Shown in pieces: positions 1 through 14,624 of a stretch of DNA of 64,000 nucleotides. The stretch is from a virus (lineage: Duplodnaviria; Caudoviricetes): positions 40,703 to 104,702 of the IMG/VR virus record IMGVR_UViG_3300028833_000101; one strand, 5' to 3'. How positions within the stretch are numbered: the stretch's first letter is position 1; each line of letters opens with the position of its first letter. The position numbers and the translations under genes are program-made. The notes below the pieces were generated by a model. That model was not told the DNA's origin. It saw only the letters and a list, made by a program, of their open reading frames with translations, and ran no database searches.

Positions 1-278
1 CAGATAATATTAAACGTGTGCAAAAAGCTCTTAGTTTAAATTATGATTCAAACAATTATTTTGCAAAGTATCCTGGTATTTGAGAGTATAGAATTAATCA
101 AATTATTTATGATTATATTAATTTGCACAAAAATACTTATGGCGTTAATCATGATATCTTAGGGTATGTTGATAAAGATGCTGAAAAATATTATGCACAT
201 ATTGATACAGACAAGCGTACAGGCAAAAAGGTTGCTACCAGTATTGCTAATATTGAATTAACTGAGGAGGAAAAATAA
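1..278 (+). CDS. Partial (5'-truncated) hypothetical protein, probably virion-associated; 1 TGA-Trp
   Basis: Frame 3 is open from the window start to TAA at 276-278 if TGA at 81 (YPGI-W-EY) is read as Trp. Confidence 0.7.
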
Positions 279-280
279 TT

Positions 281-877
281 ATGGCAAAAATGGCAAATAA
301 ATATATTCTTCCTGAAAATTATATTTATATCTCCCACTTAGATGAGGACTTTCAATTTTGAAGATTGCCAAGCTGTCCTGAGACAATTAATGACCAAATG
401 CAATCAACATTTGGTGAAACAAGTGCTCTTGGACGTTCTGCTCCTGTATATACTTATAGTAAGTCAGGTCCAAGAACCGTGCAAATTGAATTAAAGTTAC
501 ACAGAGATATGATGGATGACGTCAATCTCGGAGTAAGTAATTCTGTATTACAGGCTGGTGAAGACTATATTGATAATCTTATTAAAGCTTTACAAGCAAT
601 ATCATTACCAAAGTATAATCTATCAAATAAAGCTGTAGAACCACCAGTTGTTGCATTAAGACTTAGTAATCAAGTATTTATAAAAGGTATTGTAAATGGC
701 CCAATTGCGCTTACATATAAGCTTCCATTATTGGCAAATGGTAAATATGCACAAGTAAGTTTAAGTATTACAGTAAGCGAAGTTGACCCATATGATGCAA
801 CAACGGTATTTAAAAATGGTTCATTCCGAGGTGTTGTACAAACACTTAAAAAGGGCATGAACATTGGTGACGATTAA
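281..877 (+). CDS. Putative tail tube initiator/baseplate protein; TGA-Trp at 359
   Basis: ATG at 281 with GAGGAGG upstream, in frame with ORF 365..877; 'LGRSAPVYTYSKSGPR' motif; baseplate cluster. Confidence 0.6.
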
Positions 878-893
878 TTAGGAGGAGACTAGT

Positions 894-1220
894 GTGGAAA
901 AATTAAAAAATAAAAGATATGCTAACTATAATTACACAAGCAGATATACTGGCGTTCCATATTATTATGACTCTAAAAAAGATCGTGATGTATACGGTAT
1001 TGGAGAGCAATTAAATAAAATTAATTCTTATATATCTCATAAAGTTAAACCAGATGATACTCTAGATGGTTTAGCATTAACTTATTATAATAATCCAACT
1101 TATTGGTGGATTATTGCATATTTTAATAGAATTACAGATCCATTTATTCAATTAAGCACAAAATTTAGTGTGATTAAAATTCCAAGTTTATCAAGCATTG
1201 AATTTAAAAACGAAAGATAA
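894..1220 (+). CDS. LysM-like baseplate wedge protein (T4 gp53/P2 gpX-like)
   Basis: HKVKPDDTLDGLALTYYNNPTYWWIIAYFN motif; GTG start with AGGAGG. Confidence 0.75.
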   Translation: MEKLKNKRYANYNYTSRYTGVPYYYDSKKDRDVYGIGEQLNKINSYISHKVKPDDTLDGLALTYYNNPTYWWIIAYFNRITDPFIQLSTKFSVIKIPSLSSIEFKNER

Positions 1221-1228
1221 GGTAAATT

Positions 1229-2512
1229 ATGGCCATAGTCCCAAAAGAAAAAAGAAGTTTATTATCTAGTCAAGCTAGAATACAAGCACCATGAATTAAA
1301 GTAACAATTGGTACATATACTTTTGGTGTTTTTTCAAAAACTCGTATTCAAGCTAAAGAGAAAACGAGTGACAATTTTTATTCTGCTTATGATGTTCAAT
1401 ATCCAAGCTATGTTCAAAGATTAAATATTATAAAAATAAATGGCCAAGTTAACCAATACACACTGTCTATTTCTTATCCAATAAAACCAACAGATGACCC
1501 AAACTTTTTTGAAAAAGTATTTAGTAGTGTATCTAAAACCCGTAAAATTATTTTTAGTTATGGTGATGCTTCTATGCCTACCTATGTCTATAAAGATGAA
1601 GAAGCAATTATTACTGGCATTACTCAACAGTTTGATCTAGAAAATTGTAGAATAAATTATACAGTTAAAGCTGTTTCTGGTTCTGTTGTAGGAAAAACAG
1701 GCACGTTTACTTTTCCAAAATCTGGTTATGTAAAACCAAGTGATGAGATTAAATCAGTATTTAGAAACAAAAAATATGGTTTACAAAGCTTATTTACAGG
1801 AATGAATGAACGAAACTTAGCAAAGTTAATTGCAGGTGACGATAAAATTGTTCAAATTAAACCAAAAACAAATATCTCACCATTAGATTATATTATGTAT
1901 CTAACCAGCTGTATGATTCCTGCTGGCTCAACAAATAATAATTTAAGTAATGATATTTATATTTTAACAATTCATGATGATACTGTCTATGATAAACTAT
2001 ATAGTGATACTGATTCATTGGGCGGACCTTACTTTAAAATAAGTAAAACTCCAACAAATGTTGAACAAGCTGACGCTTATGAAGTTGATATTGGGTTCAA
2101 TACTTCAACAATTGTTCTTGGTTTTAGTGTAGACAAGGATGAAAATTATTCTATCTACTATGACTACAACTCACAGCTTAGCCCAGAAAAATACACTAGA
2201 AGAATTAATAATAAAGGCCAATGAGAAGATGTTTATTCACCTATGTTTACATCTGGAAATGATCGCTTTCAAACAAGACCAGAAGACATTACCTGATTTA
2301 CTAAAATGACTAAATATCCAATTTCAGCAACACTAAAAATTCAAGGGTTATTGCGCCCAGCACAATTAATGCAATATTTAAGATTAAATGTTGTATTTCC
2401 AGGCGGACACAAACATATTAGTTCTGGACTGTATATTATAACGAAGCAAGTTGATGATATTAGTGAAAGTGGTTATGTTACTACACTTTCTTTAACAAGA
2501 ATTTCAAATTAA
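1229..2512 (+). CDS. Putative baseplate hub protein (427 aa in code 4)
   Basis: Joins ORFs 1574..2224 and 2306..2512 through TGAs; C-terminal SGLYIITKQVDDISESGYVTTLSL is typical of hub proteins; lies between LysM and spike genes. Confidence 0.65.
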
Positions 2513-2523
2513 GGAGAATTTAA

Positions 2524-5500
2524 ATGATTACAAAAGGTATAATTAAATCTATTGACTTTACAACAAATACCTGTGTTGTTCGTATGCCTTTATTTGAAAA
2601 TGCTGGCAATACTACAGAAATGGTTGCCGAAGCTACTTTTGCTATTCAACCAGGAATTTATAATGGATATAGAGAAGGCGATGTTGTTGAACTTGCCTTT
2701 GACAATAATGAACTTGATTCACCAGTTGTTATTGGAAAGTTATTTTTAGGAACAGCTGAAGAAAATAAAGACCAAAGAGGCACTATTAATTGCCAAGATT
2801 TAACTGTAACTAAAACAGCAACATTACCATTAGATACAAAATTATCATATGGCAGTGAAGATAAATCTATTGCACAAGTTCAAGGTGGTTATAGTTCTTT
2901 TAAAACTCTTGGAAACGTTATCGAAGCAATTCAAGAAACTAATAAACAAATTACTGCACAAGAAATTAAAAATGGTGATTTCATATTAAAAGAGCAAGAT
3001 GCAAGAATGACTGGTCTTGGTTGGCAGGTTGATGAAAACGCCTGAAGAATTCAAGCATATGATAGCACACATACTTTATACCCTATTTTAGACTTATTTA
3101 GAGTAGATAGAAGTGGTGTCACAATTGCAGGAGAATTAAAGCTAGTAGGCTACCCAAAAGAGACAGTTGTAAGATATGCTAGAGTTTTAGCAGATAATTA
3201 TGAACCAGATAGTGAAGGTCACTATAATCCTACATGAGTTAAAGAAAATAATGGTGAATTAATTGCACTTCCACCAGCCTATGGAACAAAAGAAGAAATA
3301 GATGCTAACTGAACATATTCAGAAAAACCTGCACATAATGATGATTACTATATATTTCAACTTACTTATAATGTTACTTATGTTTATAATAAAGATAACG
3401 ATCAACTAGATGAAACATATATGAGTCAAATCTGAGAGCTTGTTGATTGGCCAGAAGAAGAAACAACAGGAAATGCTCAGCCTGGAACAATAACTAGAAA
3501 CCCAAACCATCGTCCTGGTGGTACCTCTGCGGCAAGCAGAGCCTTAGCAATAGCTCGTGGAAAATCAACTTGTTTTTATTCAGATAAAGAACCATATAAA
3601 AACGATATATTACCCGATGAAGATCTATATGTATATCAGCCAGAATTAAGTATTGGTGACACATGATTTAATACTAGTTATAAAGCTGACTCTATACCAA
3701 CAAAATTAACTGATTATATTGGAAAATGAATTATGACAGCACCGGCTCCATTTGGCGGTTTTCCAACTTATGCTCAAGTAACACCAGATAATATCAGTAC
3801 ACTCTCAATTAACCCCGGAGTTACTCAAGCATACACACATGGCGAATTATATCAATGCAAAGCCATTAATAATGATGGAAAAGCCACTTGGGAGCCAATT
3901 GGCAGCGAGTTAGTTGCAAATAAAATTACTACTAATTATATTAATGCTTTAGATATTGTTGCTAAAAAAATTGAAATTTTTGATGCAAATAATAATACAC
4001 TCTTTAAAGCAGATGGTTTAGCTGATGTCCACGAAGTTAAGATTGCTAATTTTACTGTTGCAAATAATAAAATCTACAGCGATAACAAATCATCATTAGA
4101 TTCTAATGTTGATGGTGTTTATATTGGCAATGATGGCATTGCACTTGGTAAGGGAAACTTTGTCGTCACAAAAAATGGCCAAGTAACAATTAAAGGCTAT
4201 GTTAAATCTGTGCTAAAAAAATACAGAAAAATTGAGTATGATAACGAAGCTGAAGCAAGCGCACATTATGCTGATTGGAATAACTGGGAATCAGCTGCTT
4301 GAGGCAGTTCTGTCCCACCTAGAGAAGATGAAAAATATATCTGGGAATGAACACAAGAAGAGCAGGGCGATGGAACGCTTGTCGATAAGGGCAAAGTATG
4401 TGTTACTGGAACAGCTGGTGATTCCGCACACACTCTTAAAATTAGTAATCCATTCGTTGGTGCCCCTTATAGTAGTGATGGAACAACATCTGAATGAAAT
4501 ACTACAACTTTTAGATCGAAGACACTTCACAAATTAACAGCATATTATGGTAATTCTCAAATTACTGATACAATAGCTATTAGAACAACTTCACAAGGAC
4601 CAACAAATACTGGATATTCTATTGTTTATTCTGGCAATAGTGTTACAATAACGAGCGGAAAACCAAGTTATAATTCAACTGATAAACTAGTTGAATCTTC
4701 TATTGACAGTCTTAGCGCGGATAATGGTAGTATAGAATATATTTTATACTATAATGCCGCAGTAGTTGCTTATGCAACTTTTGAAGTAGTTAAAAATAAA
4801 GCTGGTGAAAATGCAGTATCTTATTGAATTGTTGCATCTCCAGATACTGTGACAGCAACTGTGAATGAAAGTGGAACAATTACAGCTAAGTCACCTACAT
4901 CTGTTTCTGTTGAATTCGATAAACAAATTGGAACTGATGCTGCGGCAAAAATAGTAGCTGCAGACAACCTTTATTATACAACAAAATATGATAATGGTAA
5001 TGAAAGTTCAAAAACTAAAATTTCTACAAATCCAATCAGTATTAACACAAGTAGTTTTGATAGTAGAGCAATTATTACTATCTATAGCAATAATACAACT
5101 AGTGCAGTAAAATGTGCATCTAATACTATTCAAGTAATTAAAGATGGTAAACCAGGTGGTAAAGGCGCTGATGGTAATAGCGTTATAGAAAATAAAACAT
5201 ATTATTCTTTAAGTAATACATCATCTTCTACTGGACCAGCTACTGGAGACTCTAATATTGTTGCAACTCCAACAGTAGACAAATGAAGCACTGCCCCTCA
5301 AGCATTTAATAAAGATGTTCATACTGGTTACCAATATTGGACAGTTGAACGCATTGTTTATTCTGATGCCCCTACAGTTGGTGTTTGGGGTACACCAGTG
5401 CTAGCTTCTATGCTAAGTGTTGATTTTATTAATTCGCTTGCAATTCAAGCTAAAAAATTACTTGTTACAGATAGTAGCTCAAATACCCTATTAGATGCTG

Positions 5501-7089
5501 GCTGAACTAATGATCATGAAGTTACAATTGGCGGCTTTAAAGTAGCTAAAACTACCTTATCTGCTGGCACACAGGGCTCAAATAGTAGTATTTATATGTC
5601 TACTGAAATGCCAGCAAGTAGTGATACTCCAACAACTTTATTTAGTATTGGCTCAGCTTTTAAAATTGACAGCTCAGGTAGTGCAAAACTTAATGGTACA
5701 CTGGATGCCTATGCAGGAAATATTGGGGAGTTTAGTATACATGGTGGCACCCTTGCCAATAGTAATGTTAAGTTAGGATGAAGCGGCATTCAAATGACCA
5801 ATGGCGGCAAACTATCTATTTCAAATAGTAATGATAGTAACACATTTACTATGGGTCTTACAAGAAAGGAGCAACCAGCGCTTTTATCTGAAGGTGATTT
5901 TTATCTAACTTCTAATAAGTATGATACTGGTTTTATGATATCCCCCACTGGAAGTGCTGGAAGTTCAACTATTGAATGCACAGTTAAAGTTACTGGTACT
6001 GCTTGGGGAGGCGGGTCATCAAATAAGGTTAAAATTACTGCTAATAAACCGTTTTTAAAAACAAAAACATTTACTATTAGCTATACTGGTTATGATTTTG
6101 GAACAGTAACACGTACTACATATCTAACGATATATGCTAATGCAACTGAAGGTGAAGTTAGTTTTGGTGGTTTATGGTACCTAACTTCTGCTACAGTAAG
6201 TGGGTATACTAGCGCAATTAATCGTGATGGTACTGCTACTTTTAACTTAACTCAATCATTTGAAACTGGCGCAACATGTTATGCATTGGGCAGCATAATT
6301 CCAAAGCCATACCCAAGACGTACTTTACATGTTTTTAAATCTGGAGAAGGTGAGATTCATATAACACCACCTGATTATGCAAGCCCAACATATGGCACAG
6401 ACTGTCATATGAGAGTTGGAAGATATGGTGAGGAGTTTGACGGATATTCTTGAGGCGATAGTAGCACTTGGGGCACCAACTCTATGTATATTACTAAACT
6501 AGATTGGTTTGGTGATACATCTTGAGTAGGTGCAACTGTTTGGTTAGCCGATAAAGGCTCCGGTTGGGGAAGTGAATGAGGAAATGTTTCAGCTGTCACA
6601 GAAGCTAATACTGTAACATATCTTGGTACATCTAGTAATAGATGAACATATATTTATGGAACAAATATAAACTGAACTAATGCTTATGGCACAAATGCTG
6701 CAACTATATCTGATCGTCGTGTAAAAACAAACATAGATTATGATATATCTAAGTATGATATACTTTTTGATAACTTAAAGCCAGTTAAATATAAATACAA
6801 AGATGGCGATTCAAATAGAACTCATCTTGGTCTTATTGCTCAAGATGTTGAACAAAGTATGCTAGAAAATGGTATATCTAGAAAAGACTTTGCAGGATTA
6901 ATTATTAGAGATGATACTGGACTAGGATTTGATAGTAAAACTGATACTATTAAAGATGAAGATAAAATAGAATATGGTATACGCTATGGTGAGTTGCATG
7001 CATTAGAAATTAGACAAATTCAAATGCTAAAACAAGAAATAGCTGAATTAAAAGCAGCATTAGCTGAATTACAAAATAAAAATGTATAA
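2524..7089 (+). CDS. Baseplate spike/central fibre protein: N-terminal gp5/gpV-like OB region, C-terminal peptidase S74 intramolecular chaperone (about 1521 aa)
   Basis: Six track ORFs share one frame and are separated by TGAs; N-terminal GDVVELAFDNNELDSPVVIG; C-terminal SDRRVKTNI...LKPVKYKY...HLGLIAQDVE plus coiled coil. Confidence 0.75.
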
Positions 7090-7095
7090 TATAAT

Positions 7096-7980
7096 ATGAG
7101 ATTAATCCATGCATTTACAATACAAAGAACCTATAAAGCTGATGGCGTTTCTGGTATTTTAGATTGACTATTAACACCTTATTATATAAAAAAAGCATAT
7201 CCAAACAGCACTTTAGTGTTATATACAAATATGCAAAGTGCACAAATACTGGGAGAGCTGTGATCACATATTAAAAGTGCCTATGATGAAGTTTATGTTG
7301 ATTTGCAGAAAAATAATAAAGAAATTTTTAGTTATCCAAAATTTGAAGCCATGTCAAAAGAGCTTTGGTCTCATGGTACCGATTTTATAATGTTAGACAA
7401 TGATTTATATATATTTCCAGGTTTTTTAGAAACAATTAAATCTAATTATTGTATCTATTATGCAGAACCGTCACATTATATTGCTTGGTATCATTCAATT
7501 ATTAATAATGAATACGCTTGCCTTCATGCCCCAGATTGATTTACATGAGATATTACCCCATATAACTGTGCAACAATTAGAATTAATGATAAAGCTTTAT
7601 TATTAGAATACTTAAAAGTTTATAATACTGTACAAGCAGAAAATTTAAGTGAATCTAAAGGACATAAAGCAATGATTAAAGAGCAATGGAGTCTTGGTGA
7701 ACTACTAAATAAACATCAAATAACACCACAAAGTTTGTTTAATAAAAAATATTCTTTTCATAAAGGTTGTATAAAACCACTAAAAAAGCCAGTAGAGTTA
7801 ATACAATTACAAGAATTATTGTTAGCAAAACTTCGTCCAAATACATTTAAAGTTTTTATTAAACTGTTTAATCATGATGACTATTTTAAGTCAGATCTTA
7901 GTGTAGATAATTGCTTTAAAAATATTGATCAAGAATATAAAGATGGATTGCTTGCCCCAATATTAGAGCAATCAAAATAA
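7096..7980 (+). CDS. GT-A-fold glycosyltransferase-like protein (DUF6734-like), TGA-recoded
   Basis: Joins ORFs 7303 and 7672; LYTN...YPKFEAM...DFIMLDNDLYIF (DxD)...YNCAT...EQ pattern. Confidence 0.5.
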
Positions 7981-7986
7981 AAATTA

Positions 7987-8011
7987 AAAGAAGACAGTGG
8001 TCTTCTTTTTT
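7987..8011 (+). terminator. Intrinsic terminator
   Basis: aaagaagac-agtg-gtcttcttttt hairpin with U-tract after the gene. Confidence 0.7.
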
Positions 8012-8036
8012 ATTTAATAAATTTATTAAATTAATT

Positions 8037-8045
8037 GCTAAATTA
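8037..8045 (+). promoter_or_regulatory. Putative phage late promoter GCTAAATTA (also at 18808, 23289, 23371, 27711, 43773, 45029, 63370)
   Basis: The same 9-mer recurs in intergenic DNA, usually just after a terminator and ahead of structural/TGA-containing operons; no -35 box. Confidence 0.7.
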
Positions 8046-8064
8046 TATGATTGCGAGGCAAAAT

Positions 8065-8448
8065 ATGAGGTCTATTAAATTTCCAAAAATGTTTAATACT
8101 AATAGCACAAATGTCTGAAAGTCTTCAGAGTATTTGGATGCTACCAAACAAAATACAATTCTTCTCTTACATACTGAAAGAGGTGAACTTTTTGGTGATC
8201 CATATTTTGGCTTATTATTAAAACATTATTTATTTGATCAAAATAATTACATTTTACGTGATGCTATTATAGATATTATTTATACACAATTAGCAATCTT
8301 TATTCCTCAAGTTAAAGTTCGTAGAGAAGATATTTCTATTGTTCAAGATAAGCAAAAGGGAAAACTATACTGTGAATTTTCTGGAATAAATCAAATCGAT
8401 TATACACATAATACTTTTAATTTAGTATTATTAAATGAAAACGAGTAA
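8065..8448 (+). CDS. Baseplate gp25/GPW-like protein
   Basis: LLHTERGELFGDPYFGLLLKHYLFD motif; ATG at 8065 in frame through one TGA. Confidence 0.85.
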
Positions 8449-8463
8449 GGAGTATTATAAGCA

Positions 8464-11400
8464 ATGATTACACAACAAGAATTAACCGCTGTAGAATTAT
8501 CTCCAACTAAAAAAGATTTTTATCAAATCTGAAATGAGTTATTAGAAACAGCTGCAAAACTTAGCGAACGCTGAGATCCAGCCAGCACAAATGAATCTGA
8601 TCCTGGTATAGTATTACTTAAAGTCTTAACTGCCGTTGCAGATAAGCTTAATTTTACTATTGATGCAAATACATTAGAAGCATTTATGCCAAGTGCTGCT
8701 CAAGAAGAGTCTATGCGTAAGCTTACAGAAATGCTTGGTTATGATATGAAATACTATCAATCAGCAACTGTTGATGTTAAAATTTCTTATAATGGCACAA
8801 ATAAAGATGCTATTCCTAATATGCTTTTAATTGATAAGTTTACTAATATTAAAGATATTGATGATAGCATTAATTATGTAACATTATCTGATGTATATTT
8901 AAGCACACATGGTTCATCTAAGGTTGTTAGCTGTATAGAAGGTGAACTAGTTGAGTGCGAAACAGATGATAATAATATTATCTCTATGATGCAATTAGAT
9001 GACAACCACCGTTATTATCTTCCAGAAACACAAATTGCAGAGAATGGTATTTTTATTATTAATGTTACTGATGGCGTTGAAAGCGACCCATGGAAAAAAG
9101 TAACAAATTTAAATGTACAAAATATTGGGTCAAAAGTATATAAATTTGGCTATGATTCAAAAGAAGGCTTGCCATATATTCAATTTCCAGAAGATATTAG
9201 CACAATTATTGAAGATGGCTTAAAAATTAAATATCTCAGAACAAAGGGTATTAATGGTAATGTATCAGTCAATACCCTCTGTAAGATGGAACAACCAGCC
9301 AGCTGGTCTGCTGCTAAATCTGCTGAAGGCTCAGCTGAGAATGATAAAGACTATTATAATGTTGATAATTATACAGTTACCAACATCTCAGCAAGTTCTA
9401 ATGGAACTGACATTGAATCTATTAATGATGCCTACAATAGTTATAAAAAAACGATCGGTACATTTGACACATTAATTACTTGCAGAGATTATATGAACAA
9501 AATCTATCAGATGACTACTGATGATGTTTCTACTACCCCACTTGTTAGTAATGTTATTGTTTCAGACATTAGAGATGACATTAATAAAGCAATGACTCTT
9601 TGCACTTTTACTGAACGCGGCATTGAGTATAAAGCAATGGCTAAGCCAATTGACACACATGATGCAATAACTATTACTGAAAGCCGCTATAGCGAATTAC
9701 AACCAACTGAAGAGCTATTAGGCAATCTTTATAAGGTTGTTGATAATACAGATCTAACAAGAATTAGGTTCTATGCTCGTTGTATTTTTAACGGTAACTT
9801 ATTCATGCTGGTTAAAGTTAATGACACTGAGCTAACTCACTTTGATTTAGTTTTATATCCATTTAGAAATACTTATGGTTTAAATAGTCGTGTTGAATAC
9901 GTTAAATCTTTTAAATACGATGATTCAAATTTATTAGAGATTAAGGATAACCTTGAAACTAATAAAACACTTTCACATAATTTTATTGATCCAAATCTTG
10001 ATGATATTGCTTGTATTAAAAACTATTTAAAACTTAAAGCAAAAATTACTACTGTTAGAAAAGTTGGGGCTTTGGAACAAGCTGAAATTTTAGGTAAGGT
10101 TTACACTGAAGTTTATAAAAATTTTAATCTTAGAAAGCTAGACTTTGGAGAAGAAATCCCTTATGAAAGTATTTTAGATGTTATTACAAATGCAGACCCA
10201 AGAATTAAAAATGTCAGCTTAGAAGAACCAGAATTAGCTACTAAGTTCTGCACTGTTGGTGGTGGTGAATATGAAACATCAACTAATAGCAATAAGTCTG
10301 ACCCAGCATCAATTGCTTTTGCAACTGCTGGTGATAAATACTTTAATAAATTAGTATTAAATAATGTTCTTGCTGGACGTGTGCCACTATTTAACTATGA
10401 TGAAAATTTTAAACCAGATTATAATGAAGTACAATATCCAGGTTGGCAAGAAGGCAGTGGTTCATCAGCAACTACAAAAACATACTCATTAATTTATCCA
10501 GCTGCTGAAGATAGCGGAAGAAGCGCTGCAGAACAAAGACCAATTTATAGTCTATCATCTGAATTTTTAATTAAAGCTGGTGCCAAAAATATTAAATTAA
10601 ATGATAATGAAGTTGTTCAATTTAGATTACCAAATCTTAAAACAGTCAAAACATATCCAGCATATGTTAATTATTACATCAGTCTAAATGATAATGCCAA
10701 GAGCATTCCAGCAATTCCTGCTACTTTCCAAACATTATTACGTTTTATGGAAGATGGCTATCCAGATGATGACCACAAAAAAACAAGTTGGGAAAGATAT
10801 ATTAATTCTGGCTTGGGCTCTGTTATGACTGAATTTGCACCAGGTGAAATTACCTCTGACAACTTTGGTGATAAAAAGAGCAAATATCATGCTATCTTTA
10901 CTTATAGTAATAATAGATATACTTATTTAAAAGAATTTACAACTGCTACTAAATATTATTATGCGAAACTTGATGCTACTACTGTGTTTACTTGGGACAG
11001 CTGGATTAGAAGTTTAATAAATACTGAAACAGCAACTAATTTAGTTACTTCTGATGCTCTCGATACAAATGAATCTGGGGTAGCTACTCCACGTACTCCT
11101 TTAAATGGTATTTCAAGAAATGGCTTATATGTTAAAATTTCTACATCAAAGTCAAATAAATTTGGTGCATTAGTTGACAATCAACATACTAAATATAAGC
11201 TTTTTGATAGACCTCTTTCTGCTGCAAGTGATGTTGATTTATTTACCACTGGATATTATGTACAAAGACTTTGATCTGTAAGAAAATATGATTCAGCTGA
11301 AACTGAATTACCACCAGAAACTACTAACCATACAACTGACGGCTTGGGCCAAAATAGCGAATATGTTGGTATTACAGCAAATGAAGAATATACTCTTAAA

Positions 11401-13857
11401 GCTGGTGAGTATTTGTTAATCAACTATACACAATCATCAAATGAAGATGGCACCGAACAAAAAACAAAAATTAATAAATTCTATGGCCCAACAACTATCA
11501 TTAAACCAAATTTTGAGCTAATTGATAGTAAAAAATATAGTAAATCCCATAATTATACGAAAAAAGATGGCTACAGCTTCTTAGAGTACGACAAATCTCC
11601 AGATGGTTTATTTACATTAGGTGCAAATGAGCAAATTGAAATTAGAGATTTTGTGCAAGTAAACTTAGATGAAATAAGCACAAATATTTATTGGGAAAGA
11701 AATGATGAAATCCCAGACTATCGTAATAGAATTATCTTTGAATTTACTGAAGAGCCAGTTTATTTTACAGATAATACATATAAAACAAAATCTGATACTC
11801 CTACAGAGTATGTTATATATACTGCCTATACATTAAAAGATGGTGAATATTTCTATTACACCGACCAAAATAAAAATGATATTGCATATTATGGCTCTGG
11901 AACCAAAATTAAGAAAACAGTATATACTCCAACTATTTATAAATTTGCTAGCGATAATGATATTAGCACCGATGAGATTGCTTCAAATGGCTTAAATGCA
12001 GCAATTCCTTGGAGAGCATTTGACTTCAGCAAATCTGGCACTCAAGATAAAAAATTAGTCATAACAGAATATCAATATATTAATTTAACAAAAGGAAATA
12101 TCTTAAATTCTATTACTGCATTAAATTCAACTTCTAATGAAGAAGAACAAATTGAACGTGCTCTTGATAATGAATTTAGAGATATTAAATCAGCCACTTA
12201 TACTATTTTAACTGATCCAGAAGATGAAGACTCTGGCAAATCATCCTCTTTACCTGTTGTAAACTTTGATACTAATACTCACTGGCAAGTAAGAACAAAA
12301 CTTGAATTCAATGCAAGCCAAACAACAGTTCAAACATTACACAGCACAGAAGATACTCAAGATAGTATTACACTTTGACACAAAAATGATACAGATCCTA
12401 TCGTATTAACACCACATAATAATGTGCCTCTTTCAATTAAATTAAATAAGCTTATTCAGAGCTCTCGTGATAAAGTTGATGTTACAACCAAAAAGTTTGC
12501 AGAAGATGGACATTTAGAAGAAGAAATTCCAGATTTACAATTAAAAGTCTTGCAAATCGCAGATATTCGTGATGATAATGGAAATGCTGTAAGCTTAAAT
12601 AACTTTGGTGACTCCTTTACTAAATTATCATTCAATGATGTAATTAATAATGGCGATGCAGCTATGACTACTTTAAATGCGGTCATACCAAGCGACTGCT
12701 ATGGTTTAGTAATGTTCTATAATGTTAAAGTAAATGCAAGTACTGATGCTGCAGCTATTAGATTCATTAAGAGCAACCCAGCTGATGCTACAATTCCTCA
12801 AGTTAAAATCTTTAATCACTGGAATCCTAATAACACAGTACCAAGCGGTGTTCCAGTCTCTGCAGACGCTGCAAAAGGCTGGTGGGGAACTGCTGATACT
12901 GGAAAAATAAATCCAGATAACTATGGAAAAATTTATACTAAAAAGACATGAGCAGTTCGTGCACAACCATTTGCTCCAGTAACTGAAGACGAATATAATA
13001 GAATGAAAAATGAAGGCAACTTATATCGTGAAACTGAAATTTCTGTTTCACCAACAGCTAAGCCTTTATATCGCTATGATTCAACAAATAAAAAATATTA
13101 CAAATATACTAAGGTTGAACAAGATACTGTTTGGTCAGAAAGCGCTATTTATGGTCATTTAACCAGTGCTACTGCTGCACCAGCCGTTGAAAGTGATGAA
13201 TTTGAAATCTTAGATAAAGTTACCTTTGAAAGTTTGCGTAATACTGATTTATATCGTAGAGTAGAAGCAGATGTATCTGCTGATATTGAAATTCGTGCAG
13301 ATGAACGTTATGACTATGATACTCACAGATTATATCAATATTCATCATATGTGAACACGGCTTGGAGTAGCAGCTTTAGTGATTATTCATTTGGTCAATT
13401 ATTAGACCATGGTGGAGATACTGTGCTTTACCAATTAAGAGAAGGTATTAATATTGTTCAATTAGATAGTTCTTGTAAAATTGAAATCTATCCAGACAAC
13501 TTAATTGCTGACACTGTTATTCTAAGCTCATTAGATATTATTAAAAAGGCTAATGCACTAACAGGCGTAAGTGCTATTAATAAAAAATTAGCTTATAAGA
13601 AAATTGATAAAGCAACTGTAGATGAACAAATTCTAAGTGATATTAATTATTTAGACATTTATCAACAATTCTATTATAATAATGTTATTTCTAATTCATC
13701 TAGTATTGATATGAATATTAAAGATGATGAAGACACCATGGAGTATCCAATTAACTGGTACGACCGCAATAACATTAATAATAAATTTGTAGTCTCAGAA
13801 ATTGATGCTGAAGAGATGATTAAAAATGTTGTTATTTCAAAAGCTTCAAGGAGTTAG
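8464..13857 (+). CDS. Large baseplate wedge protein (T4 gp6/baseplate J-like, about 1797 aa)
   Basis: N-terminal KDFYQI(W)...ER(W)DPASTNESDPGIVLL...LGY with conserved Trp as TGA; four track ORFs in the same frame; ends at TAG. Confidence 0.85.
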
Positions 13858-13863
13858 TTTACA

Positions 13864-14610
13864 ATGATAAAACTACAAGACTATACACCAGACATTTATT
13901 ATAAGGAGTCAAGGGACTTCCAATTTATTGGACGTCTCTTTGACCTTGTTTTAAACTCAGTTAAAACAGAAGCAGATTTGCTTTATAATATTCCTGTTAG
14001 TGATAATTCAAATGATAAGCTTTTAGATTTACTTGCACTTACATTAGGATTTAAAGCAAACCATCATTATAATACAAATCAACTACGTGCAATCTGCAGA
14101 GTTTTTCCTGAAATTTTAAGAAACAAAGGAAGTATTCAAGCAGTAATTGTAGCTTGTAATGCACTATTTAGGGCTGAGGGTTTAGAGCAAGCCTTAGATT
14201 ATGATTTTACTAAAAATCCTAACAATGATAAAACTGAGCTAAATTTATATATCCCACAAGAATTTGGAGATATTACATTAATTAATGATTTACTTACTTA
14301 TATATTACCGGCTGGAATGAGCTGTAATTTAGTTAAAGAGTTAAGAATTAATGAGCAATCTATGACTGAAATTGCTGTAGAACATATATTTAAAATTTAT
14401 AAACATACTGATCCTACAAGTTCAGAAGAACAAACAATTTTCTACGACAATAACTTGCTTGCTAAGATACCACGCCTTGTCAATGATCCATCTGATATTG
14501 ATGAATCAACCGGTATTGTTACTTTAAATACAGGTGAAGTTATTAGAAACTTAGTAAAAGATAATGTTGGCTTTATTGCTAATGGCATTATTTATAAACC
14601 AAAACAATAG
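13864..14610 (+). CDS. Baseplate/tail protein I-like (P2 gpI family)
   Basis: LLDLLALTLGF...ILRNKGS...YILPAG motifs; follows the J-like gene. Confidence 0.7.
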   Translation: MIKLQDYTPDIYYKESRDFQFIGRLFDLVLNSVKTEADLLYNIPVSDNSNDKLLDLLALTLGFKANHHYNTNQLRAICRVFPEILRNKGSIQAVIVACNALFRAEGLEQALDYDFTKNPNNDKTELNLYIPQEFGDITLINDLLTYILPAGMSCNLVKELRINEQSMTEIAVEHIFKIYKHTDPTSSEEQTIFYDNNLLAKIPRLVNDPSDIDESTGIVTLNTGEVIRNLVKDNVGFIANGIIYKPKQ

Positions 14611-14624
14611 GAGAATAGCTAGAT

